Source: a virus. Taken from it: DNA of 64,000 bases. Below are positions 50,340 to 60,060 of the stretch, in pieces. Each line of letters starts with the position of its first letter. Position 1 is the stretch's first letter. The stretch spans positions 37,995 through 101,994 of IMG/VR virus record IMGVR_UViG_3300043468_001540, one strand, 5' to 3'. A program made the position numbers and the translations under genes. The notes below the pieces were generated by a model. The model was not told the DNA's origin. It saw only the letters and a program-made list of their open reading frames with translations, and searched no databases.

Positions 50340-51176
50340 TCACGATTTTATTTCTTCGGGGGGAAAATTACTACTTTGAGAATCAGATGTATTAACGTCG
50401 CTAGATACGCTCACGCTCGCTTGCACGGGTTCTTGTACAGTAGATTCTTTAATTGATTCTTGCTTTTCTTCTTCTTTTTCTTCGCTTTTGGAATAATCCT
50501 GATCATAAAGAGCGAAATCGTTTTTACTATCAATTCTTCCCAAGAACCAAAGAGTGATTAAATAAGCCGATCTTTTTAATACTATTTCTAAATAGTTATC
50601 TTTGCTTTCGCTATCTTCAATTAAATCGTACTGTTCAAGTTTATCATTAAAAGTTTTACCGCCGCAAACATGGGAATAAGACCCATCCTCATTTATTTTG
50701 TATGTTAAATTCAATACCCACCATAATATGGTTTTATTTCGAGCCTTAGCCTCGGCGGTATTTTCAAATATAGAAATTTGAGACGATTCAAAACTTTGAA
50801 TATCTGAACGTATATCATTTATTCTGTCAGTTTTTTCTTTTAATTCTTTTAAGTTGTCTTCTGTTTGATTTTTCTCATCTATCGATAAAAGCTGCTGAAT
50901 ACTAGAAGATAACTCTTGAAACTCTAGTAAAAGTTGCCCATATCTTTCCCTCTCTTCATCACTTATAACTCCCCCACTATTTGATAATATAGTACCCCAG
51001 GCCGCTTTTGGTAAAATGCCAGCTTTTGCATATCTAGAAACTTCTGCGGCAAAAAAAACTTCACCATCTTCTTTTAATCGGCGATTTGGCTTTAAGAATC
51101 CAAAATTATGAGATACCCCTAAATTGTCTTTATGAGTAAAATTGTATAGCCATTTTCCATTATTAGTATTTTCCAT
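50340..51176 (-). CDS. putative tail assembly chaperone
   Basis: Position; central coiled coil; acidic disordered tail. Confidence 0.5.
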   Translation of the reverse strand: MENTNNGKWLYNFTHKDNLGVSHNFGFLKPNRRLKEDGEVFFAAEVSRYAKAGILPKAAWGTILSNSGGVISDEERERYGQLLLEFQELSSSIQQLLSIDEKNQTEDNLKELKEKTDRINDIRSDIQSFESSQISIFENTAEAKARNKTILWWVLNLTYKINEDGSYSHVCGGKTFNDKLEQYDLIEDSESKDNYLEIVLKRSAYLITLWFLGRIDSKNDFALYDQDYSKSEEKEEEKQESIKESTVQEPVQASVSVSSDVNTSDSQSSNFPPEEIKS

Positions 51177-51181
51177 ATTTA

Positions 51182-51409
51182 TTATATTTTTTGGGTAAAT
51201 TTGATATCAAAATTATTTAATTGTTCTTCTATGTTTCTATAACAATCATTTCCATGATCTAATATTCTTTTTCTTAATCTTTGGAATTCCTCTTCGGAAA
51301 TTTTTCCATTTTTGTTTAGATCTTCTACTAAATACAAGAAAGAAAGATATAATTTTTTAATATCTCGATATACGAAACTTTTAACGAAATCATGTAAATC
51401 CACATTCAT
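51182..51409 (-). CDS. hypothetical protein
   Basis: 75-aa ORF with its own GTGTAA / AAGGT-repeat leader. Confidence 0.65.
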   Translation of the reverse strand: MNVDLHDFVKSFVYRDIKKLYLSFLYLVEDLNKNGKISEEEFQRLRKRILDHGNDCYRNIEEQLNNFDIKFTQKI

Positions 51410-51450
51410 AAGACCTTAAATTACCTTGTACCTTAAATTACTTTACACCC

Positions 51451-51491
51451 AAAAAAATAAACAGACACCGTTAAAAGTGTCTGTTTATTTT
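51451..51491 (-). terminator. Rho-independent terminator downstream of the tail tube gene
   Basis: 15-bp inverted repeat AAAATAAACAGACAC / GTGTCTGTTTATTTT with an 8-nt loop and a T-run on the minus strand. Confidence 0.85.
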
Positions 51492-51514
51492 AATTTTAAC
51501 CTACTGTATATTAA

Positions 51515-52654
51515 TTAAGAAACAATTAGTCCAGATGGTGGATAAGCTTGAACTAAAGTGTGGGATCCAGAGATGAACACACCTTTAGTTAGATCTTGAG
51601 GTCCACCGATTTGAACTTCGTAAGTAGCACTCATAGAGGCGTTATCTCCGATAGAAGATGTAAAGTTCTGACTAACTAATTTAGCTCCTTTAAATTGATA
51701 AATCATAGCGGCTGGTTTTGTGCTTCCACAACCAGGTTGATTTAAAACTATATTAAAGTCATAACTTGGGTTGTTACAAAGTAGGTCGGCCAAGTTACCA
51801 TTAGAAAGATCTCCAACCTGCGCATTAACTTCTAAAGTAGCGGTAACAGGAAAATCAATTTCTCTTGAAAACGCAAATTTTGTACCAAGTTTTTGTAATG
51901 GAGTTCTGGCTAAATCGAAAGATAAAGTGAAATCTTGAACTTTCAAATCAGTTTCAGTAAAACCAACAACAGAATCGGTTGGGAGAGACATTACTATATC
52001 GCCAGGTTGCAAGGCGTTGGGTATACTCACACCAGTCATGCTTGTAGCTCTTGGTAATTTGAATCTAGTTCCCGCTAAAATATTCCCGTTTGTCGGATCA
52101 ACGCCAGGCCCCTCTGTTCCAGTCGTAGCGTTAGCATTACCATAAACTCTAATATTTAAAGCCTCTAATTCGACGGTAGCAGTAGTTAATTCGCCCACAG
52201 CGCCATTGACACTATAAGATGTTATAAATCCATTTCCAATACCGATAACACCACTAGTTGTTCCGGCGTATTCAGAGGCATCATTGCCTTCATCGGCAAC
52301 TAGTAAATAGAAATTTTTTTCATCAGTAGTTTTACTAAGCAATCCAGAAATACAGGAAACATTGTTATTACTTCCACTGGGAGTTACAGATAAGCCTAAA
52401 TATCTTTCATTAAGACCATTAGTTACATAATAGCTTAAACTGGAAGAAACCGTCGGCGCTTCTGTTTCAATACGATCGATAGCCGCTAAATTTCCGTACT
52501 GGTTGACGTCAGTAAAATTTCTAGAAAAATCTTCATCAAAAGATTGAACTCTAGCTAATTGAGTAACAGTATTTAAACCTGTTTGCATTACGCTCGGTGC
52601 TACTTGCCCAGCATAAAGAGCAAGTACTTGATAAATTGTTCTATTTCTCGCCAT
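51515..52654 (-). CDS. major tail (tube) protein
   Basis: MARNR start; LARVQS...VNQYGNLAAIDR...PTVSSSLSYY; FTLSFDLARTPLQKLG...IDFPVTATLEV (duplicated tube-like halves); followed by a strong terminator. Confidence 0.72.
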   Translation of the reverse strand: MARNRTIYQVLALYAGQVAPSVMQTGLNTVTQLARVQSFDEDFSRNFTDVNQYGNLAAIDRIETEAPTVSSSLSYYVTNGLNERYLGLSVTPSGSNNNVSCISGLLSKTTDEKNFYLLVADEGNDASEYAGTTSGVIGIGNGFITSYSVNGAVGELTTATVELEALNIRVYGNANATTGTEGPGVDPTNGNILAGTRFKLPRATSMTGVSIPNALQPGDIVMSLPTDSVVGFTETDLKVQDFTLSFDLARTPLQKLGTKFAFSREIDFPVTATLEVNAQVGDLSNGNLADLLCNNPSYDFNIVLNQPGCGSTKPAAMIYQFKGAKLVSQNFTSSIGDNASMSATYEVQIGGPQDLTKGVFISGSHTLVQAYPPSGLIVS

Positions 52655-52695
52655 AATTATAATTACATCTCATTTTTCAAAATGACACTTAAATT

Positions 52696-53544
52696 TTAAG
52701 AAATATATCTAATATTACTAATATCAAAATCAATAAAAGCTGATATACATTTTTTATTCATTTTACCATTGTCTATTTCTTCAAGTTTTGAAACCGACAC
52801 TTTTTCAATAAAAGCTAAATTATTACGCGGAGCGGTTTTACAAACATCTATATAATTAAAATTAATATTACGCAAATCCCCGAAACGATTAAATGGTAGT
52901 TCCGAACTTTCTAAAACAGGGAAATTTTGATGCAATGAATCCGTCATTATTGAACTCAAAGAATCTAGAGAAAAACTGTTAGAAGCTAAGACAATACACC
53001 TAATAGAAGTACTTGTTGAATGCTGCCCACCAAAAGCGAAAGGCTCATTTTGATTAAAAGTATTTTTTATAAAAATACATGGAAAGGGTATGTCTAAATA
53101 GCCGAGAGGCTGTGTCGCCGACTTAACCATTGACATAATAGTAGGGGCTTTCTCGAAAAGAAGAGTTTCTTCTTTTTCATCTGTATAGTATAAATTATAT
53201 TCTTTATAAGAAAATTTTGCAGAAATATTTTTTACATTTACGGTATGATTATCAAAAATAACCCTACCTTTATTAAAATCAATAGCAAGACCACTTGTTG
53301 CTTTATCTATTTCAGTATTATCAACATAAATTCCACTAGGTATAAAAGCCCCTGGAACACTAGAATCATATACCCATTGACGATAAGGAGAGGCGTATAT
53401 TGAAGTATTATTATCAAAATTTGGATCTTGTGTCTGATATAAAGCCCCACTGTGATTATAAAAGCCACCTCCAATTGCTGCAATCCTATGATCGAACCAA
53501 AGGTAAAAACTTGATAATAATTTATTATGAAAACTAGACTTCAT
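52696..53544 (-). CDS. putative tail terminator/completion protein
   Basis: Position before the tube gene; FPCIFI...EPFAFGG...IRCIVLA pattern. Confidence 0.5.
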   Translation of the reverse strand: MKSSFHNKLLSSFYLWFDHRIAAIGGGFYNHSGALYQTQDPNFDNNTSIYASPYRQWVYDSSVPGAFIPSGIYVDNTEIDKATSGLAIDFNKGRVIFDNHTVNVKNISAKFSYKEYNLYYTDEKEETLLFEKAPTIMSMVKSATQPLGYLDIPFPCIFIKNTFNQNEPFAFGGQHSTSTSIRCIVLASNSFSLDSLSSIMTDSLHQNFPVLESSELPFNRFGDLRNINFNYIDVCKTAPRNNLAFIEKVSVSKLEEIDNGKMNKKCISAFIDFDISNIRYIS

Positions 53545-53545
53545 T

Positions 53546-54124
53546 TTATTTATTTAAATTTAATAAAAAATTTTTATACATTGTAGAGAAGTATCTTACA
53601 CCTTGGAAAGAACGGCTCGAATAATCAAAATTAGATTGAAGACCTGTTTTTGATCTTCCTTTGTCGTATTTCTTGTAGAGGTAAGATCCAATTCCAGAAA
53701 TATATTTCTCCATATCTATTAGCCAGCTTCTACCGGCTTGCCAAGGCATTTTAGTTTTATTGGCAAAATCATCTAAAGTTGGAACATAAACATCAAAACT
53801 GATCATTTTATTTCTTATTGTTATTTTTTTTATGACACGTATATTTTTTAATAAGTTTCTAACGTTAAGAATAGGATTATCTCCAATTTTAAAACCTATA
53901 AATGAAAAAAGATTGCCATAGCCACCTAAAGTACCAGAAATATTAGAGCTTGAATTTCCATTTTCAATTTCCTGTGTTACTGGATGATTATCAAATTCGG
54001 AGATAAATTCATTTTTTTTAGATTCGATATTCTCGGTAATTATTTCCAAGGCTTTACTTTGTAGTTTTGAGGACATCAAAACTTTATTGTTTATAGAATT
54101 AAAATTAATTTGAGCATTTTTCAT
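53546..54124 (-). CDS. putative neck/tail completion protein
   Basis: Position in the head-tail joining block. Confidence 0.45.
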   Translation of the reverse strand: MKNAQINFNSINNKVLMSSKLQSKALEIITENIESKKNEFISEFDNHPVTQEIENGNSSSNISGTLGGYGNLFSFIGFKIGDNPILNVRNLLKNIRVIKKITIRNKMISFDVYVPTLDDFANKTKMPWQAGRSWLIDMEKYISGIGSYLYKKYDKGRSKTGLQSNFDYSSRSFQGVRYFSTMYKNFLLNLNK

Positions 54125-54558
54125 TAATTGCTTTCTCTAAAATATAAAGTATAAAAATCGTTTTCAAACAAACCATGCGGTTGACTAGAAGCAAAAGACT
54201 CAACTGGACGACCATCTATGTCAATTTGACTTGCATCCGCTAAAAAATCTAAAACTTCTTTTTTCACTTTTAACCGGCAAACATTGCCTTTGACCTCTTC
54301 TTTTATTTCGGAATTTCCTAAAATTTTAGTAGGATCTCCCCATAAAATTCTAGCATCAAAAATGCCGCTCACTGGAATTGTCTCATATTCCAAAGATGAT
54401 TGCTGTTCGGAATATAAAAAATTATAATCACTATTAGATGATATAAAAACTTTTTTAGGCGTTTTCCATATTACAATTTTTCTAGAAAATGTATCATGAA
54501 TATCATTAAAGACATTAGCATAATTTAATTTATCACCGTTAGATATTAAAGACGCCAT
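54124..54558 (-). CDS. putative head closure protein
   Basis: Position; beta-rich. Start moved to the ATG at 54558 (MASLIS). Confidence 0.45.
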   Translation of the reverse strand: MASLISNGDKLNYANVFNDIHDTFSRKIVIWKTPKKVFISSNSDYNFLYSEQQSSLEYETIPVSGIFDARILWGDPTKILGNSEIKEEVKGNVCRLKVKKEVLDFLADASQIDIDGRPVESFASSQPHGLFENDFYTLYFRESN

Positions 54559-54559
54559 T

Positions 54560-55102
54560 TTATATATATGGGCTACGAGCCCACTCCTTAGTACTGTAAT
54601 TTGAAACTCCAACAGTATCGTCCCCGGCGACTTGTTCTGGAATTGCGTTATATTTTAAATACATTTTTACAGAACGATCTAAATCTAATTTCGCATCATT
54701 CGCCATCGATCTAAAATTCTTTGAAATCTCATTTTTATTAGCCCTAGTAATAGAACTGTCGCCCTCTCTCAAAGAAATCCAATCATTCCCACCGTTTGAA
54801 AAAGCGGCGCTTTGGGCTACGCTTCTAGCCGCACTTTTGAAATATTCATACTCGAAAAGTGTTTTATAAATAGCCATTTGATCATTAGACATCATGGGTT
54901 CAATATTATAACCCATAATTTGCCCTAATTGACCAGTATTATAAACTCCAGAAAATTGAGTCCCGATTAAATTATTTAATTTCCCGAGATTAGCCTGATC
55001 TAAAAACCAACCAGATAGTCTGAAAATTGGAAAATCTACTGGATTACCTAAATCATGGTAAACATTGGTAATAAAATTTGATATAGAGTACATATAAGCC
55101 AC
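54560..55102 (-). CDS. putative head-tail adaptor
   Basis: Position; helical with a WISLREGDSSITR beta-hairpin of the kind seen in adaptors. Confidence 0.5.
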   Translation of the reverse strand: MAYMYSISNFITNVYHDLGNPVDFPIFRLSGWFLDQANLGKLNNLIGTQFSGVYNTGQLGQIMGYNIEPMMSNDQMAIYKTLFEYEYFKSAARSVAQSAAFSNGGNDWISLREGDSSITRANKNEISKNFRSMANDAKLDLDRSVKMYLKYNAIPEQVAGDDTVGVSNYSTKEWARSPYI

Positions 55103-55121
55103 ATTTAAGTTTACACTTAAA

Positions 55122-55487
55122 CTAGGCTCCTTCTCTTAAGATCTTTCGCGCCTTCGCTGATATTTCTCCGGTATTATTATCTGAAGCTACTGTGTTTAAT
55201 TTGTTTACAAATCTAGAATTCCATTTTTTAAATTCCGCCACTAATCTATCACACAAGATTTTTCTATCAGAAGTCGGAATTAATCCTATCTTATAAGCAT
55301 GGGCTTGTAAATCAGTCATGTTCATTTCCGCTAATTGGGATTCATATGCCTCAGAGGAAGAAACTGAATATAATGAAAGAGATTCGCCTAAAATTTCATC
55401 TAACGACGTAGGGCTATTTGGCCTAGATAAAGCTTCTTCTTTTCCATGTATTTGAATTAAGTCTGAATTTTTATTTTTTTTAGCCAT
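55122..55487 (-). CDS. hypothetical protein
   Basis: 121 aa; EMNMTDLQAHAYKIGL may be a HeH/Rho-N-like motif. Confidence 0.55.
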   Translation of the reverse strand: MAKKNKNSDLIQIHGKEEALSRPNSPTSLDEILGESLSLYSVSSSEAYESQLAEMNMTDLQAHAYKIGLIPTSDRKILCDRLVAEFKKWNSRFVNKLNTVASDNNTGEISAKARKILREGA

Positions 55488-55519
55488 ATACTATATTAAT
55501 AATTAAATCTTTTTTAATC

Positions 55520-55561
55520 AAAAAAAAAAAAAAAACGGGGGTTTATAAGCCCCCGTTTTTT
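55520..55561 (-). terminator. Rho-independent terminator downstream of the major capsid gene
   Basis: Minus strand: AAAAAACGGGGG-cttataaa-CCCCCG followed by a long T-run. Confidence 0.9.
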
Positions 55562-55582
55562 ATACACTATTTCTAAGTTGTA

Positions 55583-56707
55583 TTATACGATCAAGCCGAC
55601 AGCAGCACGAGCGTCAACAGCAACACGACCTTCTTCAACGAACCCATAGAAACCAACTTTTTCACTTCTAGCTAAAAATTGATCATCAGGTAATACTTTA
55701 ACTTGACCACGGCTTTCGGATTGAGTTGCAACGGGTCTTAAGAAAGCGTTGCGGCTCGCATCGATACCAATGATAAGCTCATCATTAGCGCTTGAGAAAG
55801 CAGTTCCAGCGCCATTGCCATATGTATTATAAGCAGTGCCTCCAGCGAAAGCGCCGAATAAATCGTTATATTTACGTGAGGTTCCGAGTTCTAGTAATTC
55901 ATGGATAGTAACACCAAAAATTTCGCTAGTTCCAGCTCCGCGATAAATGTCTTCACGAACGCTATCTGGTAAAGCTACTGCGGTAGCTCCACTTGTGTCT
56001 ACAGTACCAGCGCGAGTATTCATTGGCTGATAAGCAAAAGCACGAATTTGAGCTTTAACTTCTGGACTGACGAAAATATCAGTTAAGCCACGGCTTTGTA
56101 AACCGACAGGGGTGCCGCCAGTATAAGCAGTATTTAATCTACGAACTAAAGTCCAAAGATTATTCATATCATCGAGCTGGAATACTCCACTTGAACCAGT
56201 ACGGAAAACATGCTTATTATTATTAGTGTTAGCTTCGGCAAGCAACTTTAAAACAACGGCCCAGGCATTACGTTCTTGCTTAACAAGAATTTCATTGGCC
56301 ATTCTTTCTAAACCAGCAGCAACAACGTCAAGTCTGGCTTTTCTAACATAACGCTTATCCATAGAAACAGCACTATCAAGACGATAGGTGCTTACTTTCA
56401 TTTCTTGCATACCTTGTACGAAGTTAGTTGGTAAGCCTCCACCAACAGTTTGACTCCAAACGTTAATATGACCATCTGTTAAGCCATAATATAAGTCTAA
56501 AGGAATAGAAGGAGAATCGTCTTCATCGAATTCTACGTCACGATAGATCATACTGGAAGTACCAGCTTGTAATAATACTTGCTGAACGATATCGCTAATA
56601 AAAGCAGCAAAAGCTTCCTGGGCTTGAACTGCAACTGTTTTATTATCAGAAGCCAAAGCTTTGATAAGTTCGATCTGTTCTGGGTTTTTTTCAAATTGAA
56701 TTTTCAT
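55583..56707 (-). CDS. major capsid protein
   Basis: 374 aa; follows the protease-scaffold and a 178-aa gene; followed by a strong terminator; C-terminal GFYGFVEEGRVAVDARA is HK97-fold-like. Confidence 0.75.
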   Translation of the reverse strand: MKIQFEKNPEQIELIKALASDNKTVAVQAQEAFAAFISDIVQQVLLQAGTSSMIYRDVEFDEDDSPSIPLDLYYGLTDGHINVWSQTVGGGLPTNFVQGMQEMKVSTYRLDSAVSMDKRYVRKARLDVVAAGLERMANEILVKQERNAWAVVLKLLAEANTNNNKHVFRTGSSGVFQLDDMNNLWTLVRRLNTAYTGGTPVGLQSRGLTDIFVSPEVKAQIRAFAYQPMNTRAGTVDTSGATAVALPDSVREDIYRGAGTSEIFGVTIHELLELGTSRKYNDLFGAFAGGTAYNTYGNGAGTAFSSANDELIIGIDASRNAFLRPVATQSESRGQVKVLPDDQFLARSEKVGFYGFVEEGRVAVDARAAVGLIV

Positions 56708-56741
56708 TTTTTTTATTTCTATTATATATATTTTTTATTTA

Positions 56742-57278
56742 TTAAAGTTCGATTTTTAGTAAAGCATAACCTTCACTATTCTTGGGTCCTAAAAATTTGC
56801 CTACGGTAGCGCTATTATAAGCGACAACTTTCAACTCGCCGCCACCAGTATCGGAAACAGCAGCGCCACTTCCAAAACCTGGGTTACCAACGATACCATT
56901 TATTAGAACTAAGCCCTTAGTTAAAATTGGGCAAGCCTGACCACTGACAATAACATCCATTTCAGCGGCTTTTCTTGGGTTGAATTTAAGCTGTTCGCCA
57001 TTTTCATCGTATCTACGGACATCTTTTAATGTGATGCCAACGATAGAGGCTTTTGGAGCATTAGCTGGAGCAGGTTCAACTTTCCAAGGAACGCTAAACT
57101 GGGCGGAAACCGCATTGTCAATATTGGACAGGTTATCTATCCCCATATTTGTTTCGAAATTGATGCCATTTCCTTTTGCTGCAACTACGGTTCCTTTATT
57201 TAAGGAGTCCGCGTCAACAGCAAAAATGTTAATAACATCATGTTCACTATAATCTCTAAAAGGTTTTAAGTTTGCCAT
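56742..57278 (-). CDS. putative capsid decoration/cement protein
   Basis: Between scaffold and capsid genes; Gly-rich beta protein (VIVSGQACPILTKG...VGKFLG). Confidence 0.55.
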   Translation of the reverse strand: MANLKPFRDYSEHDVINIFAVDADSLNKGTVVAAKGNGINFETNMGIDNLSNIDNAVSAQFSVPWKVEPAPANAPKASIVGITLKDVRRYDENGEQLKFNPRKAAEMDVIVSGQACPILTKGLVLINGIVGNPGFGSGAAVSDTGGGELKVVAYNSATVGKFLGPKNSEGYALLKIEL

Positions 57279-57280
57279 AA

Positions 57281-58996
57281 TTATTTTTTGTTATTTGATA
57301 TTTTAATACTATTTCTATTAAAAGCCGCATTGATTTTATCAACAAGACTAGTTTCTTGAGGGGATAACATATTTGGTAAATTTACCGATTCTTGTTTTAC
57401 ACTAGAAACAACTTCTTCAATAGAAACTTCTTCTTTTGCTAAAGATTTTGTCTCAGCGACTTGATTCTCTTCTTTATCTGCCGGAGTATTAGTACTATTG
57501 GCTTTTAAAGACTTTTTCTTTGCAGCCGCGAAAGTTGAAAACTTTTTAAACCATTTTGCAAAATCTTCGTCAGAAGCGACGGCCTGAAGATCTTCTGCTA
57601 TGATAGCACGGTCCTCATCGGTCAAATCGAATTCTTCATCTAATGATGCCATTCTATTTTGAAAAGTAGCTTCGACTTCTTTTTGTTTCATTTCATTTTG
57701 AAGAGAAGAAAATTCTGCCTGTAGCTTTTCTAATGTAGAAAGAGTTTCTGCGTACTTAGCCTCTAAATCTTGATGCTTTGATTGAACATCTTTAAGAGCC
57801 GTTTCTTTTTCTTCAATTTCTAATTTCCATTGTTTAGAAAGATCGGAAATACGATTAGAAATAAAGTCTCTAACAGCGCTCGCCTGAATATCTTTCATGG
57901 AATTATCGGTGATATCATCAATATTTTTTATTTCCATAGTTTTTTTTACATTTTTATTTTCTTCATGGACACTTTTTTTATCAGCAAAATCAAAAAATTC
58001 AGAAGAATTAGAACTTTCTTGTTTCTTATGTGGATTTTCAAGAGCGTCAGTTTGTTGAACTAAAACGCCAGAAACTTCCGCCGCAGGGGTATTAGTAAAG
58101 CCTATCCCTAAGGGTAGAACAGAACCTTTTAAATTCAAAAATAAAGACTCCCCATCCTCGGAAAGTCCATTGCCGCCAAAAACTCTTAACTTATCTTTAA
58201 GAGCTAAAATTTCTTCTGTATCTTCTATAATAACAGATTCCGCTAAATTTTTACTTCCTTTAGCTATATTAAATTCATTAAAACCAAGCTCCCAAGAAGC
58301 GCTAACAGAAAGATATTTGTCAGAAGATGGGTCGGAGCTATTTAGCATTTCATCAGCGAATTCTGGATTTACTATTTTCCAAATATAACCAGACAACACA
58401 ACATTAAAAGGGTCTTTGGAACCTTTTATCTGATCATACGAAAGTGGCTTGCTACTACCAAATTCACTAAAGCCGTAGCCAGTACAAACACCAACGACAA
58501 CCTTTCTATTATGCTCTATATTAAAAGGCTTATTAATAAAATTTTCAACCATAGAAAGAGCAACATCAGTGCCAATAATATGGCCATTTTTATTACCCCT
58601 ATTTACGACAAAAGCATCAAAAGCGATACCCATCAAATCTTTATTAACATCTAGATTAATATTACTGGGCAAGTATTGTTTGAGTTGGTCTATAGAAGCA
58701 ACAGCCAAATACTTATCATCATCAAATGGAACCATTGCTTGTATTAATATATTATCAAACTTTGCTAAATATTTATACTCTTTCATGCTATTAGTAGATA
58801 AATTTACACTATCACAACTTAAACAGCCAACATTTTTTAATACATTCGATATCTTTAAGTAGTTATTATTATTTTTCATAACTTCGAAAGCACACACCTG
58901 TATAGGTTTTGATATAGAAAAATCTAATTCTGTTAAATTAAAATATCCAGTATCTTCACTGCTAAGCAACAATGTTTTTTCTTCGTATATTGGCAT
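57281..58996 (-). CDS. prohead protease fused to scaffolding protein
   Basis: NRGNKNGH, KPFNIEH (His), VSASWELGF (Ser) and GIGFTNTPAA suggest an HK97/assemblin-type core; C-terminal acidic coiled coil. The true start may be 58786. Confidence 0.7.
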   Translation of the reverse strand: MPIYEEKTLLLSSEDTGYFNLTELDFSISKPIQVCAFEVMKNNNNYLKISNVLKNVGCLSCDSVNLSTNSMKEYKYLAKFDNILIQAMVPFDDDKYLAVASIDQLKQYLPSNINLDVNKDLMGIAFDAFVVNRGNKNGHIIGTDVALSMVENFINKPFNIEHNRKVVVGVCTGYGFSEFGSSKPLSYDQIKGSKDPFNVVLSGYIWKIVNPEFADEMLNSSDPSSDKYLSVSASWELGFNEFNIAKGSKNLAESVIIEDTEEILALKDKLRVFGGNGLSEDGESLFLNLKGSVLPLGIGFTNTPAAEVSGVLVQQTDALENPHKKQESSNSSEFFDFADKKSVHEENKNVKKTMEIKNIDDITDNSMKDIQASAVRDFISNRISDLSKQWKLEIEEKETALKDVQSKHQDLEAKYAETLSTLEKLQAEFSSLQNEMKQKEVEATFQNRMASLDEEFDLTDEDRAIIAEDLQAVASDEDFAKWFKKFSTFAAAKKKSLKANSTNTPADKEENQVAETKSLAKEEVSIEEVVSSVKQESVNLPNMLSPQETSLVDKINAAFNRNSIKISNNKK

Positions 58997-59026
58997 AATA
59001 TATTTATATATTTTAAAAAATTGAAT

Positions 59027-59647
59027 TTAAATTATTTCTTTTTCGATTTGCTTTGCTTCGGCTTCCCTTCTTTCCAAAAGACCATCTAGCCCTTTATTAA
59101 GCCATAATCTTTTCATACTTCTAATTTCTCTTGCGATAGATTTATAATTTTTTTTAGGCACTAAATTCTTTATATTTCTCATTTCTAACCGGGAATCGCC
59201 TTTTAAACTAGTACCTCTATTAAAAATTAATGATACGATAGCCCCGTAAGCATCCGGAGAAAAAAACTCTAATCCAGGGAATGTTTTTTCGGCTAATTTT
59301 GAAAATTTAGGCCAAGTAAATTTCTCAAACATTTGTACCGCCATGTCCCAACTTACAGAAATTCCCGCTGATCTCAAACTTCTTGTATATTCTTTCCCAT
59401 TAGATCCAGTTTTACCAGAAGCGCCTTTAACCAAATTAAGTTCATTATCCGGTAAAAATGAAAATATTTTACCAAGCTCTTCTTTTGAGTAATAAGCACA
59501 ATCAATCCCTATGGCAATTGTTGGCCCTGAAGCCCCGCCTGGCCAAGTAAATTTAGACAAATATTTCTCGTAATAACTTTTACCACCGCCAACTTCATAT
59601 TTTAACAATAAATCAAGTGTATTTTTCGATGGTTTACTTAAGCTCAT
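59027..59647 (-). CDS. endolysin, lysozyme-fold (pesticin/GH24-like)
   Basis: LLKYEVGG (catalytic Glu), WPGGASGPTIAIGID, AIVSLIFNRG and GLLERREAEA. Confidence 0.8.
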   Translation of the reverse strand: MSLSKPSKNTLDLLLKYEVGGGKSYYEKYLSKFTWPGGASGPTIAIGIDCAYYSKEELGKIFSFLPDNELNLVKGASGKTGSNGKEYTRSLRSAGISVSWDMAVQMFEKFTWPKFSKLAEKTFPGLEFFSPDAYGAIVSLIFNRGTSLKGDSRLEMRNIKNLVPKKNYKSIAREIRSMKRLWLNKGLDGLLERREAEAKQIEKEII

Positions 59648-60059
59648 AGTCTTCTTCTTTTGCGTTAGAATTTATATAAGTAATCTCTTCCTTTATAAAA
59701 GAATTTTGACCCTGCAAGTCCACATTACTATTAGACTGCATTTTATAGTCTAAAACAGTTTGAACACCAAGATAGCTTGCAATAATTACGGCTAAAATTT
59801 TAATAGTCTCAGTAAATAACGAAACGAATGGAACTGTTAAACTTGGCTGGGCAGCAGTTAAAAAAAGAACAAAAATACTTGCCGCATAAAATATAGATAA
59901 AATTATGACAGAGCAAAATACAACATAAAATTTTTTAGAAGCAAGAAAATTTACACGACTCAAATCTTGACGATACTCCGGGGGAGTATTTGGCGGCACT
60001 TCTCCAGAATGGAGCATAGCGCTAGCGGTTTTAGCGATTTGAGTAATTTTTTCCCACAT
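59634..60059 (-). CDS. putative holin
   Basis: ASKKFYVV followed by two TM helices; adjacent to the endolysin. Start moved to the ATG at 60059 (MWEKIT). Confidence 0.6.
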   Translation of the reverse strand: MWEKITQIAKTASAMLHSGEVPPNTPPEYRQDLSRVNFLASKKFYVVFCSVIILSIFYAASIFVLFLTAAQPSLTVPFVSLFTETIKILAVIIASYLGVQTVLDYKMQSNSNVDLQGQNSFIKEEITYINSNAKEEDYELK

Positions 60060-60060
60060 A

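Noticed and set aside
50338-50370. Programmed frameshift joining the two tail chaperone ORFs at TTT CCC CCC
   Set aside because: The downstream ORF is in the +1 frame, and that frame hits TAA (CCG AAG AAA TAA) before reaching it. There is no correctly phased slippery heptamer.
59001-59008. T4-type late promoter TATAAATA upstream of the protease-scaffold gene
   Set aside because: I noticed only this one well-placed copy, in very AT-rich DNA. The (G/A)TGTAA motif explains more leaders.
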